Below, in pieces: positions 10,493 to 21,500 of a stretch of 41,386 bases of DNA. Below the pieces are notes generated by a model. The model saw only the letters and a program-made list of their open reading frames with translations, did no database searches and had not been told where the DNA came from. The position numbers were made by a program, and so were the translations under genes. Origin of the DNA: an uncultured Bacillales bacterium (GTDB lineage: Bacteria; Bacillota_I; Bacilli_A; RF39; UBA660); NCBI GenBank assembly GCA_945228905.1, contig CALYOH010000003.1:1-41386 (forward strand), written 5' to 3'. Each line of letters opens with the position of its first letter. Position 1 is the first letter of the stretch.

Positions 10493-12538
10493 ATGAAAAA
10501 GAAAATAATTATAGTAGCTACCTTCTTAATAGCAGTAATTGCCTTTATCTTTGTCTATAGATACTATAATAAAGAAGATAAAACAACAACACTTACTGTT
10601 AGTGAAAAAAGATGGGTAGAAAATAATTCAGATCAAGAATATGACTTTGAAATAGTAAACGATTATCCATTATATGGATTAAATGGTAATGGAGTTATCT
10701 ATGACTTTATAGATGACTTTCAAAAGAATATAGGAATAGATTTTAATAAAATATCTTATTTAAAAACAGCATCTCCTTCAACAACAAGTTATAGAATAAG
10801 AATATTAAATGGTAATGATAAAATTACTGATAAAGACCTTTTCTTATTTACAGATAGCTATGTTGCAATAGGAACTGAATACCAAAGATTAAATCATATA
10901 GAAGATATGAATAATTTAAAATTTGGTGTACTTGCAGAAGATTTAGAAGAAGTAAGTTATTATTTAAAATCAGGATCTAACTTATCATATACTTCATATG
11001 AAAATATTACTGATTTATATAAAGCATTAGATGAAAATAAAGTAAATATGATTATAGTTCCAAATATTATGTACTTAGATCATACTATTCAAAAAGAAAA
11101 ATATTTTATAAATTATTATTTTACTGAAATAAATAAACAAATAGTATTAACACTAAGTGATAATAAAGAAGATAAACAATTAAATAATATAGTAAAAAAA
11201 TACTATAATAAATGGAGACAAACTAACTATATTAAAGAATATAATGAAGAATATTTAGATTACTATCTAGAAAATAATAAGATAAGTGCTAAAACAAAAT
11301 CTACACTAATATCAAAAACTTATAAATATGGATATGTAGAGAATCTTCCATATGAAAAGAAAGTTAATGGTAAAGTAGCAGGTATCGCAGGAGAATATAT
11401 TAATAGAATATCAAGACTTGCTAATATTAACTTTACATATAAAGAATATAAAACAATAGATGACTTAAAGAAAGCAATTGATAAAGGTGAAATAGATATC
11501 TACTTTGATTATTATAATTACACTAATGATAAATATCTTAGTACAGTATCTACATTTGTAGAAGATTATGTAGTTTTAGGATATCAAAAAGATAATCATA
11601 TAGTTAATTCCTTTGAAAGTTTAAAAGGAAAAGATATCGCAATGTTAAAAGGAGATTCACTATATAATTACTTTAAAACTAATTTAAAAGCTAATATTAA
11701 AACATATGATAGCCTAAAAGAATTAGTTAAAAAATCAGATAATAGAATAGTAGTATTAGATAGTGAAGTATATTCACATTATCAAACTACTAAATTAAAG
11801 AAATTTAGATTATTATATAAAGCTAATATGATGAATGATTATAGATTTATGGTAAAAAGTAATAATACAGCATTCTATGATTTATTCAATTACATTATTA
11901 ATACTAATTCTTATTATAATTATAAGAATTCAGGTATTGAAAACTTAAATGCATCATTACTAGAAGATTCAACATTATCACAAGTATATATAATAGTATT
12001 AATAATTATCTTTACTCCTTTAATATTAATTGGATTATTCTATTTAATATTTAAGAAGAAAAAACAAATTAAGAAGATAAAGATTACTGATAGACATAAA
12101 TATACTGATATGTTAACTTCATTAAAGAATAGAAACTATTTAAATATGAAGATGCAAGAATGGGAAGATTGTGAAGTATTCCCACAAGCAATAGTAATGG
12201 TAGACTTAAATAATGTTAAATATGTTAATGATAATTATGGTCATGAAGAAGGAGACCAATTAATAATTAAAGCCGCAGGTATCTTAGTAAATACACAATT
12301 AGAAAATAGTGAAATAATAAGAACAGACGGTAATGAGTTCTTAATCTATCTTGTAGGTTATAGTGATAGACAAATTAATACATATACTAAGAAGTTATCT
12401 AAAGAAATGAGAAACTTACCTCACGAATTTGGAGCAGCTTTAGGATATAGTATGATTACTGATGAAATAAAAACATTAGATGATGCAATTAATGAAGCAA
12501 CACTAGAAATGATAACAAACAAGGAAGATTATAAATAA
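10493..12538 (+). CDS. Membrane sensor: tandem solute-binding (PBPb-like) domains plus degenerate GGDEF domain
   Basis: LTVSEKRWV and DYPLY/ENLPYE...GIAGEY PBPb-type motifs between two TM helices; TDMLTSLKNR, DLNNVKYVNDNYGHEEGD; the signature reads RTDGNEF. Confidence 0.85.
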   Translation: MKKKIIIVATFLIAVIAFIFVYRYYNKEDKTTTLTVSEKRWVENNSDQEYDFEIVNDYPLYGLNGNGVIYDFIDDFQKNIGIDFNKISYLKTASPSTTSYRIRILNGNDKITDKDLFLFTDSYVAIGTEYQRLNHIEDMNNLKFGVLAEDLEEVSYYLKSGSNLSYTSYENITDLYKALDENKVNMIIVPNIMYLDHTIQKEKYFINYYFTEINKQIVLTLSDNKEDKQLNNIVKKYYNKWRQTNYIKEYNEEYLDYYLENNKISAKTKSTLISKTYKYGYVENLPYEKKVNGKVAGIAGEYINRISRLANINFTYKEYKTIDDLKKAIDKGEIDIYFDYYNYTNDKYLSTVSTFVEDYVVLGYQKDNHIVNSFESLKGKDIAMLKGDSLYNYFKTNLKANIKTYDSLKELVKKSDNRIVVLDSEVYSHYQTTKLKKFRLLYKANMMNDYRFMVKSNNTAFYDLFNYIINTNSYYNYKNSGIENLNASLLEDSTLSQVYIIVLIIIFTPLILIGLFYLIFKKKKQIKKIKITDRHKYTDMLTSLKNRNYLNMKMQEWEDCEVFPQAIVMVDLNNVKYVNDNYGHEEGDQLIIKAAGILVNTQLENSEIIRTDGNEFLIYLVGYSDRQINTYTKKLSKEMRNLPHEFGAALGYSMITDEIKTLDDAINEATLEMITNKEDYK

Positions 12539-12550
12539 AAGGAGAATAAA

Positions 12551-13369
12551 ATGGAAAAAGCAAGAGAAACTGTACTAAAAATATTCAAATTCCTAAATAG
12601 ACCAGAAATGAGAATATTACCAGGGCAACTTGCTTTTTTTCTTGTAATTTCATTTATACCAATGATTGCTCTTATAATTACTTTAGGAGCAGCATTATCT
12701 ATATCAACTGATTCAGTAAGAGTAGCAATATCAGAATCAGTACCACCTGGAATAGCAAATATAATAAATGGAATAATTACAGGTAATGGAATCAATTTCA
12801 ATATTTTAGTATTTTACTTTTCAGCATTCTTATTAGCAAGTAATGGTACTTATTCAATGATTAATACAGCAAATGAAATATATAAAGTAAAACCAAGAAA
12901 TATGTTAAGTAGAAGAATAAAGGCAATAGTAATGATTTCTATGTTAGTATTCTTATTTGTATTTCTAATAGCAGTTCCAGTATTTGGATCACAAATAGCT
13001 AGTATAATAGTCCAAGTAACAGGATCAGGTAAAATAGTAACAATAATACAAAATATACTATATATATTAAAATACCCAATAATATTAATAATTCTATTTA
13101 TTAATATTAAACTAATGTATATAATTGCTCCAGATCAAGAAGTACCATCAAAAACAACTAATAAAGGAGCAATATTTACAACAATTTGCTGGGTACTAGC
13201 AACAGAAATCTTTGCATTCTATATAGATAGATTTGCAAGATATGACCAATTCTATGGTAGTATTTCAAATATATTAGTATTACTACTATGGGTATACTTA
13301 TTATCATATATATTTGTATTTGGAATGATAATAAATGCAAGTGATACAAATAGAGAACTAGAAAAATAG
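12551..13369 (+). CDS. YihY/virulence factor BrkB family membrane protein
   Basis: LAFFLVISFIP, LASNG...NEIY, MYIIAP, GAIFTTICW, YDQFYGS...LLLWVY. Confidence 0.9.
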   Translation: MEKARETVLKIFKFLNRPEMRILPGQLAFFLVISFIPMIALIITLGAALSISTDSVRVAISESVPPGIANIINGIITGNGINFNILVFYFSAFLLASNGTYSMINTANEIYKVKPRNMLSRRIKAIVMISMLVFLFVFLIAVPVFGSQIASIIVQVTGSGKIVTIIQNILYILKYPIILIILFINIKLMYIIAPDQEVPSKTTNKGAIFTTICWVLATEIFAFYIDRFARYDQFYGSISNILVLLLWVYLLSYIFVFGMIINASDTNRELEK

Positions 13370-13381
13370 TTCTCTATTTTT
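13348..13381 (+). terminator. Intrinsic terminator overlapping the last codons
   Basis: AAATAGAGAACTA-gaaaaa-TAGTTCTCTATTT + T. Confidence 0.8.
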
Positions 13382-13395
13382 AATTATTTCAAAAG

Positions 13396-13424
13396 TTGAA
13401 ATTATACTATTATAATGGTATAAT
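13396..13424 (+). promoter_or_regulatory. Strong sigma-A promoter
   Basis: TTGAAA-17 nt-TATAAT with TG extension. Confidence 0.75.
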
Positions 13425-13441
13425 TTACTAGAGGTAATTAT

Positions 13442-15508
13442 ATGAAATGGATTAAGTTTAACGCTAAAAAATTATTTAAAAAATTATCTAATAAAGTATC
13501 TAGAATTAAGAAAGAACATTTAATTAAAGAATACTTTAAAAATAATGTGTTATTAATAACATTCTTAATTACAGTAGTATTAAATTCTACTATATTAAGA
13601 TTTTTTTGCATGCATTCGATAGAAAACTATATATCAGTTAAAGCAATACTTGCTGATTTAATAATAGCTTTATTTATTGGATCATTTGCTTATCTATTTA
13701 AGCCTAAAAATAGATTTACATATCTATTTATATGTAATATCTTTTTAACAGCAATATGTATGATTAATTCAGTTTATTATACATTCTATACATCATTCGC
13801 ATCAGTATCAATGTTATCTCTAACACAATATATTGGAGATGTAGGAGATGCAGTAGTAGAAAATGTTATACAATTAAAAGACTTAATATATGTTCTAGGA
13901 CCATTAATCTTTATATATGTACATATAAGAATTAAGAAAAAGAATTACTATAAAAAAGTAGAATTAAAAGCAGAAAGAAAAAAGAAAACATTAAAAACAT
14001 TGGGAGCATCTGGAGTATTATTAATAATCTTTTTACTTACAATGACATCATTAGATGTATCAAGATTTATGAAACAATGGAATAAAGAATACGTTGTAAT
14101 GAGATTTGGTATTTACGTATATCAAATAAATGATGTATTTACGTCTATTCAACCAAAAATTAATTCAATGTTTGGTTATGACCAAGCAAAAAAAAGTTTT
14201 GATGATTACTTTGCAGAAGTAAGTGATACCCCACAAACTAATGAATATACAAATATATTTGCAGGTAAAAATGTTATTCTTATTCATGGAGAAAGTATGA
14301 TGACAAATGCCATGAGTTTATCATTTAATGGAGTAGAAGTAACTCCAAATCTTAATAGAATAGCAAGAGAAGGAATGTTCTTTAGTAATTTCTATTCACA
14401 AGTAAGTGTTGGTACAAGTAGTGATACAGAATTAACATATAATACTTCATTAATGCCAACAAAATCAGGTACAGCATTTGTATCATATGCAGATAGAACA
14501 TTTATTACTACACCACAAATGTTAAAAGAACAAGGATATTTCACATATGTAATGCATGCTAATAATGCAGACTTCTGGAATAGAAGAAATATGTATAAGA
14601 GTATAGGTTATGATAAATTCTATAGTAAAGTAGACTTTGAAGTTACAAAAGAAAATACTATAGGTTTAGGATTATCAGATAAAGAATTCTTTACTCAATC
14701 AATTCCATATTTAAAAGAAATAAATGAAAAGAATGATAAATGGTATGGTGTATATATCATGTTAACAAACCATACACCATTCTCAGAAACAGAAAAATAT
14801 GGAGAATATCCAGTAGATATAAAAGAAACAATTACACATGAAAATGGCACAACAGAAGAAGTGGTTTATCCATATATGGAAGGAACTAAGTTAGGTAATT
14901 ACTTTAAATCACTTCATTATGCTGATCAAGCTTTAGGAGAATTCTTAGCTAAATTAGATGAAGAAGGATTATTAGAAGATACAGTATTTATTCTATATGG
15001 AGATCATGATGCAAGACTTCCAAGAAGAGACTACAATAGATTATATAATTATGATAAAGAAAATAATGATATTTTAGATGAAGATGATCCAAATTATAAA
15101 GAATATGATTCATATCAATATGAGTTAGGAAGAAAAGTACCATTCATTATCTGGACTAAAGATATGAAAGGAACTAAATTAAATCAACAAATTACTAATG
15201 TAATGGGAATGTATGATGTACAACCAACAATAGGTAATATGTTTGGATTCTATAATAAATATGCTTTAGGACATGATATATTTAATACAAAAGAAAATAA
15301 TATAGTAGTATTCCCTAACGGTAACTGGGTAACAAATAAACTATATTATAATAGTCAAAAAGAAGCATACCTTTCATTAACAGAAGGTGAAATTACAGAA
15401 GAAGAGATATCTAAGAATTCAGGATATACAAATAAACTATTAGATGTTTCAAATAATATTATAGTTTTCAATCTATTTAATGATGACAATGAAGAAATAG
15501 TAGAATAG
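13442..15508 (+). CDS. ltaS: LTA synthase family protein (sulfatase/alkaline phosphatase fold)
   Basis: About five N-terminal TM helices; GKNVILIHGES, EVTPNLN, GTSSDTE, MHANNADFWNR, GLSDKEFF, LTNHTPF, YGDH. Confidence 0.88.
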   Translation: MKWIKFNAKKLFKKLSNKVSRIKKEHLIKEYFKNNVLLITFLITVVLNSTILRFFCMHSIENYISVKAILADLIIALFIGSFAYLFKPKNRFTYLFICNIFLTAICMINSVYYTFYTSFASVSMLSLTQYIGDVGDAVVENVIQLKDLIYVLGPLIFIYVHIRIKKKNYYKKVELKAERKKKTLKTLGASGVLLIIFLLTMTSLDVSRFMKQWNKEYVVMRFGIYVYQINDVFTSIQPKINSMFGYDQAKKSFDDYFAEVSDTPQTNEYTNIFAGKNVILIHGESMMTNAMSLSFNGVEVTPNLNRIAREGMFFSNFYSQVSVGTSSDTELTYNTSLMPTKSGTAFVSYADRTFITTPQMLKEQGYFTYVMHANNADFWNRRNMYKSIGYDKFYSKVDFEVTKENTIGLGLSDKEFFTQSIPYLKEINEKNDKWYGVYIMLTNHTPFSETEKYGEYPVDIKETITHENGTTEEVVYPYMEGTKLGNYFKSLHYADQALGEFLAKLDEEGLLEDTVFILYGDHDARLPRRDYNRLYNYDKENNDILDEDDPNYKEYDSYQYELGRKVPFIIWTKDMKGTKLNQQITNVMGMYDVQPTIGNMFGFYNKYALGHDIFNTKENNIVVFPNGNWVTNKLYYNSQKEAYLSLTEGEITEEEISKNSGYTNKLLDVSNNIIVFNLFNDDNEEIVE

Positions 15509-15517
15509 AGGGATAAT

Positions 15518-16141
15518 ATGAAGAAAAAGAAAATTAGAAAATTAATAGTAGGAATACTTTTACTAGCACTACTAGTATTAGTTGGATTATTTGTATATGA
15601 CAAATTATTTAAAAAAGATGAAGTTAAAGAAGTAAAAGTAATAAGTAAAATAGATAAATATGGATATACATTAAAAGAAAATAAACCAAAAGAATATAAA
15701 GATATGTTCAAAGAATTAGAAAAGATTCTAAATGGAGATAAAGTAGATGAAGAGAAATATGTATCTCAAATATCTAAAATGTATATCTATGACTTTTATT
15801 CATTAAATGATAAAACTGCTAAAACAGATGTAGGTGGAGTAGACTTTGTATATAAAGTAGCATTAGAAAACTACTTAAAGAAAGCAGAAGATACTTATTA
15901 TAAATATGTAGAAAGTAATATATATAATAATAGAAAACAAACTTTACCAGTAGTAACAAATATCCAAGTAGAAGAAATAACTCAAAAAGCATTTGCTTAT
16001 GGAGATAAGACAGATGAAAAAGCATACTTTGTTAATGTAGCTTGGGAATATACAAATAGTGCATTTAATGGATATCAAAAAGAAGCAACTCTAGTATTTA
16101 TACATGATGATATAAAATTAAGTTTAGTAGAACTACATTAG
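15518..16141 (+). CDS. Hypothetical N-terminally anchored extracytoplasmic protein
   Basis: GAGGGA RBS; basic N-terminus plus TM helix; DFYSL..K....DVGG..FV motif; likely co-transcribed with ltaS. Confidence 0.75.
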   Translation: MKKKKIRKLIVGILLLALLVLVGLFVYDKLFKKDEVKEVKVISKIDKYGYTLKENKPKEYKDMFKELEKILNGDKVDEEKYVSQISKMYIYDFYSLNDKTAKTDVGGVDFVYKVALENYLKKAEDTYYKYVESNIYNNRKQTLPVVTNIQVEEITQKAFAYGDKTDEKAYFVNVAWEYTNSAFNGYQKEATLVFIHDDIKLSLVELH

Positions 16142-16154
16142 TAGTTCTTTTTTT
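16129..16154 (+). terminator. Intrinsic terminator
   Basis: AGAACTAC-atta-GTAGTTCT + T-tract. Confidence 0.75.
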
Positions 16155-16158
16155 GTAT

Positions 16159-16381
16159 GATAATTTGTCAAATCAAGTACAAAATTCATTTAAATACTCA
16201 TTAAATAATTATTGTGGTATTTTATAAAAATTTATTTTTAATTCTCTTGAAATTGTAGAAACATTTCTATTTAAAATTCTAGCCATTTCTCTTTGATTAG
16301 ACACCAACATTATATCATGAGTATAAGTAAGAATTTTTTATTTGAAATTCTATTGTGTTTCACTTGTTATTATAAATTATC
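16159..16381 (-). mobile_element. Internally deleted IS30-family remnant (MITE-like, 223 bp)
   Basis: Imperfect terminal inverted repeats at 16159-16178 and 16362-16381 (16/20 match); minus-strand fragment 16310-16209 encodes NQREMARILNRNVSTISRELK, the IS30 transposase N-terminal HTH motif. Confidence 0.7.
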
Positions 16382-16383
16382 GC

Positions 16384-16406
16384 AAAAAAAAGAAGCATAC
16401 AGCTTC
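16384..16406 (-). terminator. Intrinsic terminator of the LCP gene
   Basis: Minus strand GAAGC-tgtat-GCTTC + T8. Confidence 0.65.
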
Positions 16407-16409
16407 ATT

Positions 16410-18386
16410 TTAATTATTACCAGTATCTGTTCCTTCTTCAGTAGAAGGCTTCTCAGAAGGTGTAGGATTACCTCCTGGATGTGTATCTCCACCTTTATCA
16501 TTCTCATCTTCTTCAGAATCAGTTTCCTTTTCAGTATCTTTTTCATTTTCATCTTCTTTATCAGTTTTTTTATTACCAGATAACTTTAATACAAGACCAT
16601 TTTTCATTAAATCAATACGTTTTCTTGCAGGTTCACTTTGACTTACTACAGTACCACTAGTACCTTCAAAAGTACAACTAATTCCAATTCTTGTACAAGT
16701 TGCTCTTGCAGTTTCTTCAGTATCTCCAGTAAAGTCTGGAAGCAAGTTATAACCACTACCAGTCTTATAAGGGCCTTCTCCAATAACAACTTTTTCATAT
16801 GGACTATTTATTGAGAATGAGAATTCAGTAATATCTTTATGTTCAGCTTTCTCTAAGTTCTCATACATAGCTTGAACTATATCTTTACGACTATTTTCGA
16901 TAGGAACATAATCCCATAAAACCATTCTAGCTCTTTCATCATATATCATTTGACCAGAACCTTGTAAATACAATCTTTGTATATTAACAAGATCTGCTTC
17001 ATCACTACTAACACTCTTCTTAATAATATCTTTGCCTACATTATAGAAAGATAATATTTGTTTAGTAGTAAGATTAGTATCAATACTATTAGATACTGTA
17101 TTTAAGATATCCATAAATGTAGATACATCTTTAACAGTCTTCATTTTATTAATAAGTGCTAATATTATTTCTTGTTGATGTTCAGCTCTACCAAAATCAC
17201 CATTAGCTAAAGCTTTTCTATTTCTAGCAAATACTAATGCTTGTTCTCCATTAAGAGTTTGATGTCCAGGTTCAATACAAACCTCTCCCCAACGATTAGA
17301 ATCATCAGTACATAATCTTTGAGGAACATCTACTTCAACACCACCAACAGCATTTACTAATTTAACTAATCCCTTAAAATTAATCTTAGCATAATAATCA
17401 ATATTAACTTTAAAATAATCTTCGATAGTATTAATCATACAATCATTTCCATAAGCAGCAGCATGTGTAATCTTATTCTCAGGATTACCACCCCAACAAG
17501 CTATAGGAACATAACTATCTCTTGGAATAGATAACATAGTAGCATTTAATGTCTTAGGATTAAATGTAATTAATATCAATGTATCTCCATTCGCAATAGC
17601 ATTCTTTTCTAACACTTCATCAGTAGAATCAATTCCCATTAATAATATAGTAAATGGTTCAGTAATACTCTTACCAGCAGAAGCTGTCTCAATCTTAGAA
17701 GTCTTAGACTTTTTCATTTCCTTATCTTTAGAAATAATTTTCTTAGTATCAGTTTCAATATTCTCATATCCAGTAATACCAGAAAACATAGTAACATAAT
17801 TATCTGAAACAAACATACCATCTATTTCATTTGAATATAAATCAACTAACATAGTGGTGTAATCATCATATTCAACAATCTCATTCTCATCATGTAAATT
17901 ATTCTCATCAATTATTTCTTGAGGAATAATATATCCTTCAGGAGATGTCTTATCACTAAGAATAGCAATCTTCATATTCTTAATATCTTTAATATCAGAA
18001 GCACTATTCTTACTCATAACAAGTAAATCACTAGTATAAGTAACATATACTTTATTAATACTATTTAATTGTCCATATATGAAATGTATCGTACCACCTA
18101 CAAAGAAACAAATAATAGAATAAAGTATTAATACAAATAAGAATAAACCTCTTTTATGCTTCTTATTCTTTTTACCTGACTCCATAAATTTAATGATAAA
18201 GAATAAATCAAAACATCCTATCACTATAATGGCCATATATCTTAATAAATTCTCAATAGAACTTAATAAACATAATTCAAATATTGCGAATCCACTTAAA
18301 GTAAGTGAAATTGCTAAAAATATAAATATAAATTTATTAATAATTCTTCCTTCTTTTTTTACTTTGGTTTCTTTTACTTTTGACAT
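16410..18386 (-). CDS. LCP (LytR-CpsA-Psr) glycopolymer transferase, CpsA-like, with C-terminal PASTA-like domain
   Basis: GGAGGA RBS supports start 18386; three TM helices, an accessory domain, FTILLMGIDS, SIPRDSY, KITHA, LVNAVGGVEV, GEQALVFARNR, DFGRAEHQQ, then LPDFTG...VVSQS and an acidic tail. Confidence 0.92.
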   Translation of the reverse strand: MSKVKETKVKKEGRIINKFIFIFLAISLTLSGFAIFELCLLSSIENLLRYMAIIVIGCFDLFFIIKFMESGKKNKKHKRGLFLFVLILYSIICFFVGGTIHFIYGQLNSINKVYVTYTSDLLVMSKNSASDIKDIKNMKIAILSDKTSPEGYIIPQEIIDENNLHDENEIVEYDDYTTMLVDLYSNEIDGMFVSDNYVTMFSGITGYENIETDTKKIISKDKEMKKSKTSKIETASAGKSITEPFTILLMGIDSTDEVLEKNAIANGDTLILITFNPKTLNATMLSIPRDSYVPIACWGGNPENKITHAAAYGNDCMINTIEDYFKVNIDYYAKINFKGLVKLVNAVGGVEVDVPQRLCTDDSNRWGEVCIEPGHQTLNGEQALVFARNRKALANGDFGRAEHQQEIILALINKMKTVKDVSTFMDILNTVSNSIDTNLTTKQILSFYNVGKDIIKKSVSSDEADLVNIQRLYLQGSGQMIYDERARMVLWDYVPIENSRKDIVQAMYENLEKAEHKDITEFSFSINSPYEKVVIGEGPYKTGSGYNLLPDFTGDTEETARATCTRIGISCTFEGTSGTVVSQSEPARKRIDLMKNGLVLKLSGNKKTDKEDENEKDTEKETDSEEDENDKGGDTHPGGNPTPSEKPSTEEGTDTGNN

Positions 18387-18419
18387 AAACATCCTCCAAA
18401 CACAAAACTCTACTATAAA

Positions 18420-18448
18420 ATTATATCTAAAAAACGAATATTTATCAA
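18420..18448 (-). promoter_or_regulatory. Sigma-A promoter of the LCP gene
   Basis: Minus strand TTGATA-17 nt-TATAAT. Confidence 0.7.
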
Positions 18449-18584
18449 GTAAAGAAAGGAACTTATTAAATCTCAAAAAAACCATGTAAAATAATGTAAA
18501 AGTATTAATAGATTAAAGAATTTACACCCTATACAAAAATATAATTGATATAATATAAGTACAAGAATAGGTAAGGAGGTATAT

Positions 18585-21500
18585 ATGAAAAAGAATTTAC
18601 TATTAGTAATAATTTTATTTACATTGCTATTTACATGTAAAAATGTATATGCCTTCGATTCTAATAACTATAAATATAGAAATTTATGTGGAAGTTTTGA
18701 AGTAGCAGAATTTAAACAAGATGGAAGTATTAATACATTAAAATGTTTTAATAGCTATGTAGAAGCAAGAAACTATATGGATACAAATGGATCTAAAGAA
18801 TTAGCAGTTATGACTAAAGTAGGAGACATTGTAAAAGTAGTAGATGCTAACGCTGGATTATTAGACTTAACAGTAAATCCAACCACATTGACATATTTCT
18901 ATGAAAATAAAGAATTAACTGGTAGACAATATACATATATGGACACAGGCTCACTTTACGGAGGAGTTGACGGAGCACTATTAGATGCTGAATACTCACA
19001 TACTTATAATAAATGGGTTGCTAAAGTAAGAATAGCAAACTTTACAGGATGGATTCCAAGTGAAGCATATGAAGTAGTTCCATATAGATGGATACATTCA
19101 ACAAGTTCTTATACAGTAACAAATGATTCAATAAAACATAACTATATAAATAAAGTACAAGATTATTATTCAGGATCAAGAGGTAGTTATATTGGACCTA
19201 AGCCTGAAATGTTAGAGGTCGGTACTTATTATAGTTATGATGGTCATTATTTCTATAAAGATGTAGAAACAATGGTTAGAGATTATAGAAAAGGTAATTA
19301 TAATAACTCAGTAAATAAAGATAATCCTTATTATAACTATTACATGTATTTGTCTAATCATACTAAAACAACATATTCAAGTATTAATATTGATGAATAT
19401 ATAAGAAATAATATGGGTTATAAAAAAGATGTCTATGGTCATAAAAAGAGTGATGGAACATCACGCTTATATGGTCAAGGAACATTCTTCTATTATGCTC
19501 AAGAAAAATATGGAGTAAATGCCTTATTATCATTAAGTTTAAGTAGAAATGAAACAGCAAATGGTACAAGTAGTTTATCAATAAATAAAAACAATGGATT
19601 TGGTCTTAACGCAGTAGATTCTAATCCAACACAAGCAGCTAACTGGTATGCATCATTCTCATCAAGTGTTTTAGGATATGCAAATAAATGGATAACTTAT
19701 GGATTTGCATCAGCAGATGATTGGAGATACTTCGGTCCACAATTTGGAGACAAATGGGTTGGAATGAATGTTAAATATGCATCTGATACATATTGGTCAG
19801 AAAAAATGGCGTCTAATTACTACAATATGGATAAAGCATTCGGACTACAAGACTATAACTACTATCAGTTAGGAGTAGTAAAATATAGTACAAACGCTTA
19901 TAAGAGTCCAAGTAATCAAACAGTAGTATATAAATATCCAGAAGCAGAAGATGCAGTAGTTATTGTAGGAGAAGAAACTTATAATAATACAAAATACTAT
20001 AAAGTAATGAGTGATTATAATCTAGATGGTAATGGTAATAGATTATATTCAGGTGATTATAACTGGAATAGTTATGTATATGTAAAAGCAAATGATGTTA
20101 AAAAAATTAATAAAGGTAAAAATGGATATGTTGCTCCAAATGATGTATATGAATATGAAGATGCTAATTATAGATATGATTTATATGATCAAAATAGTAA
20201 ATTAAATTTAAGAGTAGCATTAACATTAAAAAATACAGACTACTATTATGATTCAACACTATCAAGAAGAACAGGTTCAACACTATTAAAAGATAGATAT
20301 GTAGTAGTATACACAGTAGCATATAAAAATAATCAACCAGTAGCTTACTTAGTAACAAGTGATTATTTTTATGATCAAAAACATTGGATAAGTGCAGATT
20401 CTATTAAATTTGTAGATATCCCATATGGTACAGTAACAGTAGATACAAATGATAATCAATATACATGGGTAAATTATAATACTGAAGATGCCTATTATTC
20501 TAAAATAAGTGGATTATATACATATGCTCATGTTCCAGTATTAGAACAAAAACAAGTTGGTAATGACTTATGGTATAAAGTACCAGTAAGCCTAACTACA
20601 AATGATAATGTTTATGGATATACACTATCTAAATATAGTAATTATATAAAAATAGAATTATCAAAACCAGTAGTAGAAAACATATTGCCGGTAATAAATG
20701 CTAAAGATATAGAAATCTTTGTAAATGAAGAAATAGATGTATTAAAAGATGTAACTGCAACAGATAATGAAGATGGAGATTTAACAAATAAAATAACAGT
20801 AACAGAAAATACAGTTAATAATAAAGTTAAAGGTACATATAAAGTTACATATAAAGTAGTAGACTCCGCTAGTGGTACAACTACTAAAACAATTACAGTA
20901 AAAGTATTAGAAAATAATGCTCCAGTAATTAATGCATCTAATAAAACTATCTACGTAGGAGAAGAATTTAAAGAATTAGATAATGTAACTGCAACAGATA
21001 CAGAAGATGGAGACCTTACTCATAAAATAATAGTATTAGAAAATACAGTTAATAATAATGAAAAAGGTACATATAAAGTAATCTATCAAGTAACAGATTC
21101 TAAGTCTTTAAAAACAACAAAAGAAATAAAAGTAGAAGTTAAAGAAAAAATAGATACTCCAGTAGAAGATGAAATAGATTTAGATGAATTATTAGAGCAC
21201 CAATTAGAAGGAGAATTCTATTTAGAAAATCTAGAATGGAATAAAAATACAAAGAAATTTATTATATCTGGATATCAAATTATAAATGATATAGATAACT
21301 CTAATGCAGTAAATAGTTTATTATTAGTAGATAAAAATACAGAAGAAGTATTTGTAATAGAAATATCTAAATGGACTGCTAATATACCATTTAATTTAGG
21401 AGATAAATATAAAGATTCATGGTTTAAAGGCGAAATAGATTTTAAAGATATACCAAATGGAGATTATGATCTATATATGATGTCTACTGTAGATGATCAT

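Noticed and set aside
16142-16409. Structured ncRNA in the largest gene-free gap
   Set aside because: Better explained by two terminators plus an IS30 remnant; no recognisable RNA family motif.
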